A stretch of DNA of 64,000 nucleotides from Patescibacteria group bacterium (GTDB lineage: Bacteria; Patescibacteriota; Minisyncoccia; Ryanbacterales; GWA2-47-10b): the NCBI GenBank assembly GCA_038064855.1, contig JBBTSE010000002.1, positions 8,530-72,529 of the forward strand, read 5' to 3'. The notes under the pieces were generated by a model. The model was not told the DNA's origin and made no database searches. It saw only the letters and a program-made list of their open reading frames with translations. Numbering within the stretch: position 1 is the first letter of the stretch; each line of letters starts with the position of its first letter. The position numbers and the translations under genes are program-made. Below, one piece after another: positions 1 to 9,378 of this stretch.

Positions 1-2
1 AG

Positions 3-1892
3 GCCCGGGGCGAGAGTCCCGAGCACCACGAGCGCCGAGCCCACGCCTACGCCGAGGCCAAGGGCTGGCAGGTCCGCGAGGTCTACCACCTCGAAGCGGT
101 GAGCGGGAAGTCGGTCCTCGGGCACCCGGAGGCCGAACGGATGCTCAAAGACGTCCGGGAAGGCCGGATCACCGGGCTCATCTTCTCGAAGCTCGCGCGC
201 AACACCCGAGAACTCCTTGATCTCGCCGATCGCTTCCGCGAGTACGAGGCCGATCTCATCTCGCTCCAGGAGTCGATCGACACCTCGAGCCCCGCGGGCC
301 GGCTCTTCTACACGATGATCGCGGCCATGGCGCAGTGGGAGCGGGAGGAGATCGCAGAACGCGTCGCGGCCTCGGTTCCGATCCGGGCCAAGCTCGGCAA
401 GCCGCTCGGAGGAGCGGCTCCGTTCGGCTACCGCTGGGAGGCCCGAGAACTCGTCCCGGCCCCGAACGAGGCTCCAATCAGGAAGCTCCTCTACGACCTC
501 TTCCTTGAGCATCGGCGGAAGAAGACGGTCGCTCGGCTGTTGAACGACGCCGGCCACCGAACCCGCAACGGATCGAAGTGGACGGACACGACCGTCGACC
601 GTCTGTTGCGTGATCCCACGGCCAAGGGTCTTCGAAAAGCCAACTACACCCGCAGCACCGGCGACAAGAAGCACTGGGTGCTCAAGCCCGAGGCGGACTG
701 GGTCTTCTCCGAGGTGGAGGCGATCGTCTCGGAGGAGATCTGGGAGCGGGCGAACGCCATCCTCGATGCGCGGCGAAAGACCGGAAAGGGACCTGCTCGG
801 CGAACCGTCCACCTCTTCGCGGGTCTCGTCTTCTGCCACTGCGGCGGGAAGATGTCCGTTCCCTCTAACTCCCCCAAGTACATCTGCCCGAAGTGCCGCA
901 ACAAGATCCCAACCGACGACCTCGAAGCCGTCTTCCGGGAGCAGCTCAAGGCGTTCGTCTTCTCGCCCGGCGACATTGCCGAGTACCTCACCCAGGCCGA
1001 TGAGGAGATGAAGAAGAAGGAGGATCTCCTGGGAGTCCTGGAGGGTGAGCGCGGCAAGCTCACCCGAGAGATGGACCGGGTGATGCAGCTCTACCTCTCG
1101 GACCAGATCTCGAAGGATGGCTTCGGCCGGGAATACCGTCCGATGGAGGAGCGCCTTAAGCAACTCGAAGACCAGATCCCGGCTCTCCAGGGCGAGCTCG
1201 ACTTCTTCCGCATCCAGCACCTCTCTCGGGACGAGGTGGTTGTCGAATCCCAAGACCTCGCCTCGCGCTGGTCAGACCTGACGCAGGACGAGAAGCGGGA
1301 GCTGGTCGAGAACATCACCGAACGGATCACGGTCGGCACCAACGAGGTCCAGATCGAGGTGTTCCACCTCCCTTTCGTCGGTAAGACCGTGGCAGAAAGG
1401 CAACGCAGTGCCATGGCAGCGTTGCCTTCTTGCCATTGGCTCCTCAGGGGCTCGAAACCACGAGGAAAAAACTACCCCCAGACTCCCAAATCCCTCGGCG
1501 ACCACCTCAAGCGGTGCCGGCTCGATCTCGGCCTCCGGCAAGAGGATGTTGCCGCCCAGATCAGGGTGACGGCGGAGACGATCTGCCATTGGGAGCTGGG
1601 CCAGCACGAGCCACCTGTCCGCCTCATCCCGGCAATCCACACCTTCCTCGGCTTCTGTCCCATCAATCCCGCCTGGACCCTTGGCGAGCGCCTTCGGGCT
1701 GCTCGGGAGGCCCGGGGGCTTTCTCGAAGACGAGTTGCCGGGCTGGTCGGTCTCGATGAGGGGACGGTCGCGCGGGCGGAGCAGGGCATCCCAAGGATGG
1801 CGCGGCGATCGGTCACGGCCGCCAGCGCCATCTTCACCGTTGGCGGCGTAGTCAAGCTGTCCACCAAAGCGGGGGAGGATCAGAATCACTGA
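3..1892 (+). CDS. Large serine recombinase (resolvase + recombinase + Zn ribbon + coiled coil) with C-terminal tandem XRE-HTH domains; 5' end truncated by window
   Basis: Frame is open from base 3 (ARGESPEHHE..YHLEAVSGKS); motifs FSKLARN, SIDTSSPAGRL, GGAAPFGY, CHCG..CPKC; C-terminal LGDHLKRCRLDLGLRQEDVA and LGERLRAAREARGLSRRRVA HTHs. Confidence 0.92.
   Translation, partial: ARGESPEHHERRAHAYAEAKGWQVREVYHLEAVSGKSVLGHPEAERMLKDVREGRITGLIFSKLARNTRELLDLADRFREYEADLISLQESIDTSSPAGRLFYTMIAAMAQWEREEIAERVAASVPIRAKLGKPLGGAAPFGYRWEARELVPAPNEAPIRKLLYDLFLEHRRKKTVARLLNDAGHRTRNGSKWTDTTVDRLLRDPTAKGLRKANYTRSTGDKKHWVLKPEADWVFSEVEAIVSEEIWERANAILDARRKTGKGPARRTVHLFAGLVFCHCGGKMSVPSNSPKYICPKCRNKIPTDDLEAVFREQLKAFVFSPGDIAEYLTQADEEMKKKEDLLGVLEGERGKLTREMDRVMQLYLSDQISKDGFGREYRPMEERLKQLEDQIPALQGELDFFRIQHLSRDEVVVESQDLASRWSDLTQDEKRELVENITERITVGTNEVQIEVFHLPFVGKTVAERQRSAMAALPSCHWLLRGSKPRGKNYPQTPKSLGDHLKRCRLDLGLRQEDVAAQIRVTAETICHWELGQHEPPVRLIPAIHTFLGFCPINPAWTLGERLRAAREARGLSRRRVAGLVGLDEGTVARAEQGIPRMARRSVTAASAIFTVGGVVKLSTKAGEDQNH
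1390..1435. repeat. Imperfect inverted repeat, attP-like, inside the recombinase ORF
   Basis: TGGCAGAAAGGCAACGC-agtgccatggca-GCGTTGCCTTCTTGCCA: 17-bp arms with 2 mismatches. Confidence 0.7.
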
Positions 1893-2384
1893 TCGGCATG
1901 GGCCGGATTACGCACTCGAGGGAGGGGTAGCCCCACGGCACCTCCCATGGCCAAAAGGAGGTCCTGGCGCCTCCCAGGCGTTTTCTGCCCACTCGAAAGA
2001 ACCGCGAGGACCCGTCCGTCTATCTGGCGAGTTGGCTGCCGACGGGGCAGCCTCACATGGCCGTGCGTTTGCGATGCCCTCCTGATCGGGATAGTTGCCC
2101 GTGGTCGCACGTGACAGCCTGTGCGTAGGCGGCGACGTCTCTAGGGAGGGGGCTCAGTGCAGATTCGTTCGCTGCCAAGCAGCTTCTTCGGTCTCCGACG
2201 GAGTTCCCCCAAAAACCACCCTCCCCTCAGCTCGGCACTCGCAAGAAAGTCTGTTGACTGCCCAAAACCCACCCTGGCACCGTTGGCGTTCACAGACGAC
2301 TGCGCGCCCCCAACCATCATGGTCGCTCACTACCCGCACAAGCCCATGCGACCTCGCGCCGGCCATGGAATCGCCAGCGTCCTC

Positions 2385-2805
2385 GACGCACAGATTCAGA
2401 CCCGCGAGGGGGCGGGACAGGAGCTCGCGCAGCTTCTCGGCCGAGAGAGCGACGAAGCGCCGGGAGACGGTCGAGTGCGACACCGAACGCTCCGCCTCGC
2501 TCTTGGGCAGGACCTCGAGGGTGTCGGCGTAGCCCCGGGCGGACACGCCGCGCGAGACGGCGGCCAGGGGGTGGCGATCGAGGGGATCGCGCGAGGCGGC
2601 GAAGGCGAAGCTCGGCAGGGCGAGTTCGTGGCCGTCGACGGAGCGAGCCCGGAGCCGGCGCAGTGGGATCCGGCGGCCACCGAGAGTGACCTCGCTCGTC
2701 TTCGTACCGGCGCGGATGGCCGTGCAGCCGGGGTTGGGCAGCCACTTGGGGCCGCACAACTCGGGCGCTCGCCCTCCATCATCGCCGAGATGACCTGGCG
2801 ACCCG
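2385..2805 (-). pseudogene. IS256-family (mutator-type) transposase remnant
   Basis: GRQVISAMME.. then, after a frameshift, SEVTLGGRRIPLRRLRARSVDGHELALPSF..VSARGY..SHSTVSRRFVALS; DDE core missing. Confidence 0.75.
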
Positions 2806-2962
2806 TCTTCCCGGACGTCCTCAGTATGTGATATCCTATGATTGACGGTTCCTTGACTACCCCGCCACCCATGGCGATCCCCATTCGGGGAGCCATGTGC
2901 TTTGCCTTGTACTGTGTCCCTCAAGCGAATCGCCGAAATTGCCGACGAGAAGGAGAGAGGTA

Positions 2963-3493
2963 ATGGGATCTTTGGCACTCCTCGCGCTACTTGCCTTCAT
3001 CCTCGCTGTCTACACGATCATTCGATATTGGGTTCTTGTGTACGCTCCCTCAGTTAAACATCTCGACTATGAGGATGCGTCGGATCATGTAAGGGACTTG
3101 ATCAAGGATATTGACGCCGCAAAATCCTCCATAACGATTCGTTGCCGTCGGTGTGACGTCGGAAACGCCAGCGCTGACCTTCAGGAGGAGTTTGTTAACG
3201 CAGCGCGACGCGCCGCAAAGAAAGGCGTCAAGAAGATCACCGTAGTTTGCGAGCAATTCCCCGAGTCGGAAGACCACATCATCAACCGGCTCGCTGCCGA
3301 AGGGATCGTCAAGCTAGAACAAGGGAACGTTCTAGTCTATGCGCGAGTTGTTGATGAGCGCACCGTAGTGACTGAGACCAATGCCAATTCTACCAACGCG
3401 CAACAGACGAGAGCTCTTGCGCCAGCTGGTTCCTGGGTCCGCGTTCGCCATGCGAGCAAGGCTCTCTTGGCAGACCTCCAGAAGGCCGCATAG
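2963..3493 (+). CDS. N-terminal TM protein with possible degenerate PLD/TrmB-like fold
   Basis: RBS AAGGAGAG; hydrophobic N-terminus; DIDAAKSSITI..AAKKGVKKITVV..ARVVD pattern without HKD. Confidence 0.6.
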   Translation: MGSLALLALLAFILAVYTIIRYWVLVYAPSVKHLDYEDASDHVRDLIKDIDAAKSSITIRCRRCDVGNASADLQEEFVNAARRAAKKGVKKITVVCEQFPESEDHIINRLAAEGIVKLEQGNVLVYARVVDERTVVTETNANSTNAQQTRALAPAGSWVRVRHASKALLADLQKAA

Positions 3494-3560
3494 CGCGTCT
3501 CTGACTTTGGAAGTTCCTTCTGGATCCTGCTAGGTTCTCTGAGAAGGAGACCACCGGGAC

Positions 3561-4355
3561 GTGTCCACTGCTTGCGAAACCCATACGCTCTCTTGGGCGT
3601 ACTATTGTGTTTTCCCCGCGAAAGCAGCGACCGCGAGTGACTGTTTGCTTGGCGTAAATCCCCATCCCGGAATCACCTCAGCTGGATTCATCGATATTCG
3701 CACATGTCCCGATATCGAAACACAGTACTTCCTGCTGATAGCTCTTAGCATTGCGGCACTGAGCTATTTTCAGAGCATCATCAACGCACTCCCCGGCACG
3801 GTTGCAGGCATCGAAGAACGCGACGCTCTAACACCTGTATATACGAGTTTCGCGTTCGTAGGTACTGCGCCTCTTGTGCTGTTCGGGCTTGCGGGGATCT
3901 TTGCTGTCGTACCGTGGTGGTGGCATTTCGTCTGGGGGCTGTGGCTAGTGTTACTGCCCCTCTTTTTTTTGCGGGCGCAGGTTTTTGTGCGACGAGCGGT
4001 AGGGTCGCTTCGTGTCAGAGAGAGCTTGAGTCAGCTGAGAGCGCGACGAATTGCAAATCATGGCAACGCCGCAATTTGCCAAGCGATCGCCCGCCGCGCG
4101 GTCGTTGAGTTTACCTATGACGGGGCAACGCGAATCGTCGAACCTCACGCCCACGGCAGAAGTATCGAGGGAAACGAGGTCATGCGAGGTTTTCAGACAT
4201 CTGACCCAAGTCAGTCGGACGGGTCGATCGCTTGGGGACTCTACGAAGTGTCGAAAATCTCCGGCCTACGGGAGACCGGGGCAACATTTTCCAGTAATCG
4301 CTCCAATTACAATCCGAACGAGGAAGGAATGGGTGTCATCCATTGTCACGTCTAA
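3561..4355 (+). CDS. Membrane protein with C-terminal WYL domain (start uncertain)
   Basis: About three hydrophobic segments, then ICQAIARRAVVEFTYDGATRIVEPHAHG..WGLYEVSKISGL. Confidence 0.65.
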   Translation: MSTACETHTLSWAYYCVFPAKAATASDCLLGVNPHPGITSAGFIDIRTCPDIETQYFLLIALSIAALSYFQSIINALPGTVAGIEERDALTPVYTSFAFVGTAPLVLFGLAGIFAVVPWWWHFVWGLWLVLLPLFFLRAQVFVRRAVGSLRVRESLSQLRARRIANHGNAAICQAIARRAVVEFTYDGATRIVEPHAHGRSIEGNEVMRGFQTSDPSQSDGSIAWGLYEVSKISGLRETGATFSSNRSNYNPNEEGMGVIHCHV

Positions 4356-4390
4356 CAGCGACCGCAACGGTCTTCTCTCGCGAATAGAAT

Positions 4391-4454
4391 AGAGCCAGCT
4401 CCAAGTGGAGCTGGCTCGTGGCATTTCAGAGCTATCCCGATTCCACGAACGAGA
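4391..4454 (-). repeat. Degenerate copy of the radC 3' end plus terminator hairpin (partner at 17999-18063)
   Basis: AGAGCCAGCTCC..GCTGGCTCGT..TTTCAGA..TCCCG..TCCACGAACGAGA shared by both sites. Confidence 0.7.
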
Positions 4455-4458
4455 AACG

Positions 4459-4563
4459 AGATGTAGCGGCCGCTGTTGGTGCCAGGCAACGCCTCCACAG
4501 CTACACGGGCTCCACTACCAGTGGACGCGCAAGGTCCAGGGCAAGACCGTCGCGCTCCGCATC
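4459..4563 (+). pseudogene. DUF6788-like IS-associated gene fragment
   Basis: CWCQATPPQLHGLHYQWTRKVQGKTV resembles the HGPYYQWTRKV.GKTV motif. Confidence 0.5.
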
Positions 4564-4598
4564 ACGCCTGTCGATGATCTCCTGAATCCGGAGGATCG

Positions 4599-4898
4599 AT
4601 GCACCGAGGGACGAAGCAAGCGGCTCCGAGTCGAACCAATCCCGGGGATCCAGGCGAGCCGGTCGTTCGAGGTGTCGCGATACCACCGCACACGCATAGT
4701 GGGATCACGAGTAACAGCTGCTCGGATGTGCGGTGGGTCGATGACAATAGCGGCGGATCAGACCACTACGTGTGCGGTGCGAGCCATACTCATGCGGTTG
4801 CCGTCGGTCCGGCGAGCGTTGGGGCGATCACCGGAGCCACGTCCTCTGCCGACAGCCGCCCGGAATTCGTGACCATCGCGCTCTGCCGAAAGAACTGA
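4599..4898 (+). pseudogene. C-terminal fragment of a tail-fibre/collar-like H-x-H repeat protein
   Basis: PPHTHS..ASHTHAV..SRPEFVTIALCRKN; no credible N-terminus. Confidence 0.4.
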
Positions 4899-4900
4899 CG

Positions 4901-4942
4901 GAGGAGTAGAGAGCAGGGTCACAACCCTGCTCTCTACTCCTC
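4901..4942. repeat. Perfect 19-bp-stem hairpin between convergent ORFs
   Basis: GAGGAGTAGAGAGCAGGGT-CACA-ACCCTGCTCTCTACTCCTC, no U-tract. Confidence 0.85.
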
Positions 4943-4977
4943 GCAGCCGCGAATGGAACAACGTCGGTGAGATCCAG

Positions 4978-7900
4978 CTACAGAACGTCCGTGGCCCTGC
5001 GGACACGTCGAGCGCCCTTTGCAAGTATGCGCGACACGGCCTCTACCCTGGCGCGGGAGTCGCTCGCGGTGGGTGCCCGGTAGTTGACGCGCACTTTGTA
5101 GCCGCGAACGGTCGCTGGTGTACCGGCTTCCGCCTCCTCGGTGTCGAGATGCACTATCAGCCCTTCCGGCGAGCAGACGGTGACGCGGGCTAGGCTCTCT
5201 GACGCAAGCGACGACTGGACTGCTCGTGAAAGGTCACGCAGCGCCGACTTCTCTCGCGCGACGGCGATCACTCGGTCGAAGCCGGCGGCAAGGCACTTCT
5301 GGATGTTCGCAAGCTCATGCTCGGGGTTGGTCGAGATTGAGATCTCGCAGGCGATGCGCTTTCCGTCACGCGAGAGCGCTACGTCGACTCGGCCCGCGCC
5401 ATCGAGGACGTCTTTCTCGATGGTCGCCTTCCAGCCGCGGTCCTCGGCAAGTCGCTTGATGAGGTGTTGGAGGTACTTGTGTTCGGCTCCGCCTCTGCCG
5501 GACGCCGGTGCGGCGGGTGACGTCGTCGCTGCAGGCGGACGTCGCGATGGCGGCGGTGTTGCCCTTGGCGGTAGGCAAGAGGTTGCAGGGACGGGGTGCT
5601 CCGCCACTACTGGCTCCATAGCCGCGATCGGGGTGTCGATCGTCGTTGGCCGCGGCTGCTCAACGTCGGTAGCCGCACGTTTGACTCCGAGCCCCGGCTC
5701 GACCGCTTCTCGCGGCCTCGCGTAGCTCTCGCGCGAAAGCCGGACAATCTCGTCCACCCGGGACCGAGCCTCGGAGGGATCGACCGCCTCGATCGGGAAC
5801 GTTCGCAAGTTGAAGTCCTGGTCACTGCGCTCAAGCCGGCAAATCGCCTCGCCCACGGCGAGGGACTGGAGATCGTTGGCATCGAACGAAGAGAATCCGT
5901 GCGCAAGCAGCCGCGCGTCCTGATCGCCGACGCGAAAGCAGATCCGGGTGGCGGGGTTGGTGAGCACAGCACTCGAAAGCCGTCCGTCCTGGTCTTGGAG
6001 TTGCCGCGTGTCTTGGTGCGCGAGCACCAGACCGAGATGGTACTTGCGAGCTTCGGCAAGGAGAGCGGCTACCGACGGGGTGGCAAAGTTCTGGAACTCG
6101 TCGATATAGAGGTGGAAGTCGGGCCGCTCGCTCTCGGCGAGCTGCTGGCGCGAGAGCGCAGCCTGATGGAATTTGGAGACAAGAAGCGCACCCAAGAGGT
6201 GCGCGTTTTCGTGTCCGATGATGCCCTGCGAGAGCTTGGCGAGGAAGATCTTCCGGCTGTCCATGAGTGACCGGAGGTCGAGCGTGCCTCGGCGCTGACC
6301 GACCATGAGCCGGATGAGCTTCGGGCGCAGGAACGCATCGAGTCGCGTCAAGATCGAGGCCGACGGATTGCCTTTGAGGAGCGGGTACTCCTTTTCGAAG
6401 TAGTAGACGACCTCCGCGTCCCGGACGCTCGCAAGGAACTCCTTCCGGAATGCCGGATCGACGAGGAACTTCCGGAGATCGAGGAGCGACCCGCCGGCGT
6501 CACTCTCGAGGAACGCGAGGATCGCGTTCCCCAAGATGGACGTCATCTGGTCCCCCCAGGATGTCGCGAATCTCCGGAAGATCGCGACGAGATCAGAGGA
6601 CAAAAGGTTCTTCTCGACCTCGGAGTGCGCTTCGAGCACGTTGAACCCGACCGGGTACTCCTCATCGGACGGATCGAGGATCGCAACGTCCGAGAACCGT
6701 TTCTCGGGAATCCGAGCAAGCACTTCGTCGATGAGGTCTCCGTGCGGGTCGAGCACCCCGACGCCGTCGCCGTTCTCGATGTCCTGCAGGATCATCCGGA
6801 GGAGCAGCGTGGATTTTCCGGTCCCTGATGCCCCGACCACGTAGGTGTGGCGCATCCGGAGATCAGGATCGATCGTGACCGTCCTGGTCTTCCCGCGATG
6901 CGTGTTCTCGCCAAGGACAACGCCCTTCCGCGAAGCTCCGGCCGCCGCTCTCGTGGTCCGTGCTTCCCGAGCGAGGCTCTCGGAGCGCACGGACACCGAC
7001 GGAAGGTGGACGAGCGAGACGACTTCATCACTCGAAAGGAGCATGCCTGACCGGTGCGTGCGCCGAGCGAGGAGATCTTCCTCGTGAAGGTCGTCCGGAT
7101 AGTCGTCGTTGGAAAGCGGGATCAGCTCATTGCCGCCGGGGTTCGCAAACTGCCCAAGGCTTCCGCCGAGCGTCCTGACCAATGACCATGCGCGTTCACG
7201 ATCGGGGCAGCGTGCGGCGACACGCACCACAGCAGCGAAGAAAGGATGCGCGATTTTCTCGGCTGCCTGCGATAAAATCTCGGGAGCGTCGGCAAAGAAG
7301 CTATCCCCATCACCATCCGTGACCGCGCGAAGAACGCTCGGCGCCCACGGGTTGCGTGTCGCCTGCGAGAGCACCTGTACGAGACCGACCTCATTGTCGC
7401 GAAGGTCCCCGAGTGCTGCCACCACCGAGATCAGAGGATCGACGTCGAAGTCCTTGGCAATCTTGAGCGGGAGCATGAACTCACGCGACAGCCCGAAGTC
7501 GACCACGAGGCCGTGCCCGTCATCCGCGCAGCTCCAGAGATCGCGAAGCGACTCGGTCGCTGGAACGATGCCCGTCTCGGGGAAGTAGGCACCGAGCGCA
7601 CGCCGGATATCCGCGGAGTCGGACGCACGACACGCGAGCGTGACTCGCACCTCGCCCGATCGGCCAGTTAGCTCGAAGGAGACCGGGTGCTCGACCGGCG
7701 AGAGCGCCAACAGAAACCGCTCGGCGCGCTCCTTGGTGACCTTCAGATCGCCGGGCAGCGTGATCGTGTGCTCGACGATCTCATCACCGAGCCGATCTTC
7801 GAGGGGAAGCGGTTCGTCATCGACCTCGCTTTGGAGGTGCCCGGCCTCGTTCGCCCGAGCGCTCGACCCGCGAAGGCGCTCCACCCAGCGGCTCAAGCGC

Positions 7901-8067
7901 GTGTGCTTGCGTCCATCGTCGCGCTGGCCCTGTCGTGGAGGCAGCGTGTGGCCGAAGAACGGCCGGAACGGAGGCTCGACGACGACCGGCGCATCCCACA
8001 CCTGCCAACCCCGACCGCGGATCTCCCAGCGGTAGAACTCCTGGGTGAGATGCTCCTCGACCGTCAC
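4978..8067 (-). CDS. VirD4/TraG/HerA-like coupling ATPase with C-terminal PD-(D/E)XK nuclease-like domain
   Basis: Walker A GASGTGKS, LDPHGDL, Walker B LYIDEFQNF, EARKY..LAHQ; C-terminal HKYLQ..E..RVDVAL..IACEIS. Confidence 0.88.
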   Translation of the reverse strand: MTVEEHLTQEFYRWEIRGRGWQVWDAPVVVEPPFRPFFGHTLPPRQGQRDDGRKHTRLSRWVERLRGSSARANEAGHLQSEVDDEPLPLEDRLGDEIVEHTITLPGDLKVTKERAERFLLALSPVEHPVSFELTGRSGEVRVTLACRASDSADIRRALGAYFPETGIVPATESLRDLWSCADDGHGLVVDFGLSREFMLPLKIAKDFDVDPLISVVAALGDLRDNEVGLVQVLSQATRNPWAPSVLRAVTDGDGDSFFADAPEILSQAAEKIAHPFFAAVVRVAARCPDRERAWSLVRTLGGSLGQFANPGGNELIPLSNDDYPDDLHEEDLLARRTHRSGMLLSSDEVVSLVHLPSVSVRSESLAREARTTRAAAGASRKGVVLGENTHRGKTRTVTIDPDLRMRHTYVVGASGTGKSTLLLRMILQDIENGDGVGVLDPHGDLIDEVLARIPEKRFSDVAILDPSDEEYPVGFNVLEAHSEVEKNLLSSDLVAIFRRFATSWGDQMTSILGNAILAFLESDAGGSLLDLRKFLVDPAFRKEFLASVRDAEVVYYFEKEYPLLKGNPSASILTRLDAFLRPKLIRLMVGQRRGTLDLRSLMDSRKIFLAKLSQGIIGHENAHLLGALLVSKFHQAALSRQQLAESERPDFHLYIDEFQNFATPSVAALLAEARKYHLGLVLAHQDTRQLQDQDGRLSSAVLTNPATRICFRVGDQDARLLAHGFSSFDANDLQSLAVGEAICRLERSDQDFNLRTFPIEAVDPSEARSRVDEIVRLSRESYARPREAVEPGLGVKRAATDVEQPRPTTIDTPIAAMEPVVAEHPVPATSCLPPRATPPPSRRPPAATTSPAAPASGRGGAEHKYLQHLIKRLAEDRGWKATIEKDVLDGAGRVDVALSRDGKRIACEISISTNPEHELANIQKCLAAGFDRVIAVAREKSALRDLSRAVQSSLASESLARVTVCSPEGLIVHLDTEEAEAGTPATVRGYKVRVNYRAPTASDSRARVEAVSRILAKGARRVRRATDVL

Positions 8068-8106
8068 GGCGAAGTCGATCTCACAGCGTGCTGGTGATCG
8101 GCAAGG

Positions 8107-8763
8107 CTACTTGTAGAACTCCCGCAAGACGGGCTTGCGTTCGAGCTCGGAGAGCGGCCGGAGACCCTTGGCCTGGGTTAAAGCGTCGATCACTTCCAAG
8201 ACGGCGCCATGCACCGCCTCCTGGAACATGAGCGTGGTGTCGATGCGAAAGTAGGTGAGCGGCCGGAAGAGGCGTTCGAACACCCAGCCGACCACCGGGA
8301 TCACGACGATGTAGACTTCCTTGCCGCTCTCGGAGAGCAGAACACCGACGATTCCCAGGCCGATCACGACAGCCAGAACTGAGACGAGCAGTCCCACGCC
8401 CATGCCGAGCTGAGAGCCGATCAGATTCCAGGCCACCATGAAGCCGATGACGGCTGCTGCGGTGGGCAGAACCGGCGACGGCCGCGGTTCCCCCAACCAC
8501 GTCGAGACGAAGAAGCTGTTGCCGAACGGTGCCGCGCAGATGTCAAAGCTGTGCCTGCCACGCGAAACCCGCAGGTACTCGCGCTTCGCGGACAGCAGAC
8601 CACCCTCTTGCCAGTCGATACGCGAAGGCTTTCCGTCGGGAACCTGACGCTTCTCGATCGCCTTCTCGACCGCGGTGTAGAACTCGAGCGACGAGGTCTC
8701 GAGATTCTCAATGAGCCGATGCCAATGGGAGATGATTGCAGCGGTGGGTATGGATCTCGGCAT
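8107..8763 (-). CDS. Hypothetical membrane protein
   Basis: Long ORF with 2-3 TM segments, co-oriented with the ATPase. Confidence 0.75.
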   Translation of the reverse strand: MPRSIPTAAIISHWHRLIENLETSSLEFYTAVEKAIEKRQVPDGKPSRIDWQEGGLLSAKREYLRVSRGRHSFDICAAPFGNSFFVSTWLGEPRPSPVLPTAAAVIGFMVAWNLIGSQLGMGVGLLVSVLAVVIGLGIVGVLLSESGKEVYIVVIPVVGWVFERLFRPLTYFRIDTTLMFQEAVHGAVLEVIDALTQAKGLRPLSELERKPVLREFYK

Positions 8764-8795
8764 GGCTTCACCCCTTGCTCCGGGGGTCACTCACA

Positions 8796-9359
8796 TCAAG
8801 GCTCTTGGTCCTTGTGCCGCGCGACACCCTCGTTGTGGTAGGCGAAGCCGGAGTAGGAGCCGTAGGGCGAGGAAAGCGTTCCAGTCCCGTCGGTGGACTC
8901 GGTTCGCGAATGGTCCTCGGTGAGCATACCGGCGAGAGTCCGGTCACGCCGGTGGTAGTTGGTCAGACCACGACGCTCGATGGTGTACTCGTAGACAAAG
9001 CGGTTGGTTGTGAAGCGAATCACCTTGCCGGCGTGGACCACTGCGTCATCCGTAAACTCGCCGCAATCTTTCGTATCTTGACTACACGGACCGCTCGGTG
9101 TGACGCAGGTCGTGATGGTCAAGCAGTAGCCCGCGATGATTGACTCTACGATCTCTGGCTTGCCGCCATCGCGCTCGACGGTTCTCCTCTTCGTTTTCCA
9201 AACCGAGAACGACATCCCCGTGTCCGCGTCGATGAGCTGGAACATGTTCGCGTTGAAGAACACGGTTCTTGAGGAGAAGCTCGAGGCCAGGGCAGGTGAT
9301 GCGATACCCGTAGCGACCGCTCCAATAAGTACAACTGTCGCTGCGGTCTTGTTCACCAT
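8796..9359 (-). CDS. Hypothetical secreted protein
   Basis: Signal peptide ending PALA. Confidence 0.7.
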   Translation of the reverse strand: MVNKTAATVVLIGAVATGIASPALASSFSSRTVFFNANMFQLIDADTGMSFSVWKTKRRTVERDGGKPEIVESIIAGYCLTITTCVTPSGPCSQDTKDCGEFTDDAVVHAGKVIRFTTNRFVYEYTIERRGLTNYHRRDRTLAGMLTEDHSRTESTDGTGTLSSPYGSYSGFAYHNEGVARHKDQEP

Positions 9360-9378
9360 ACGAGCGTCCAGCCCAGAG

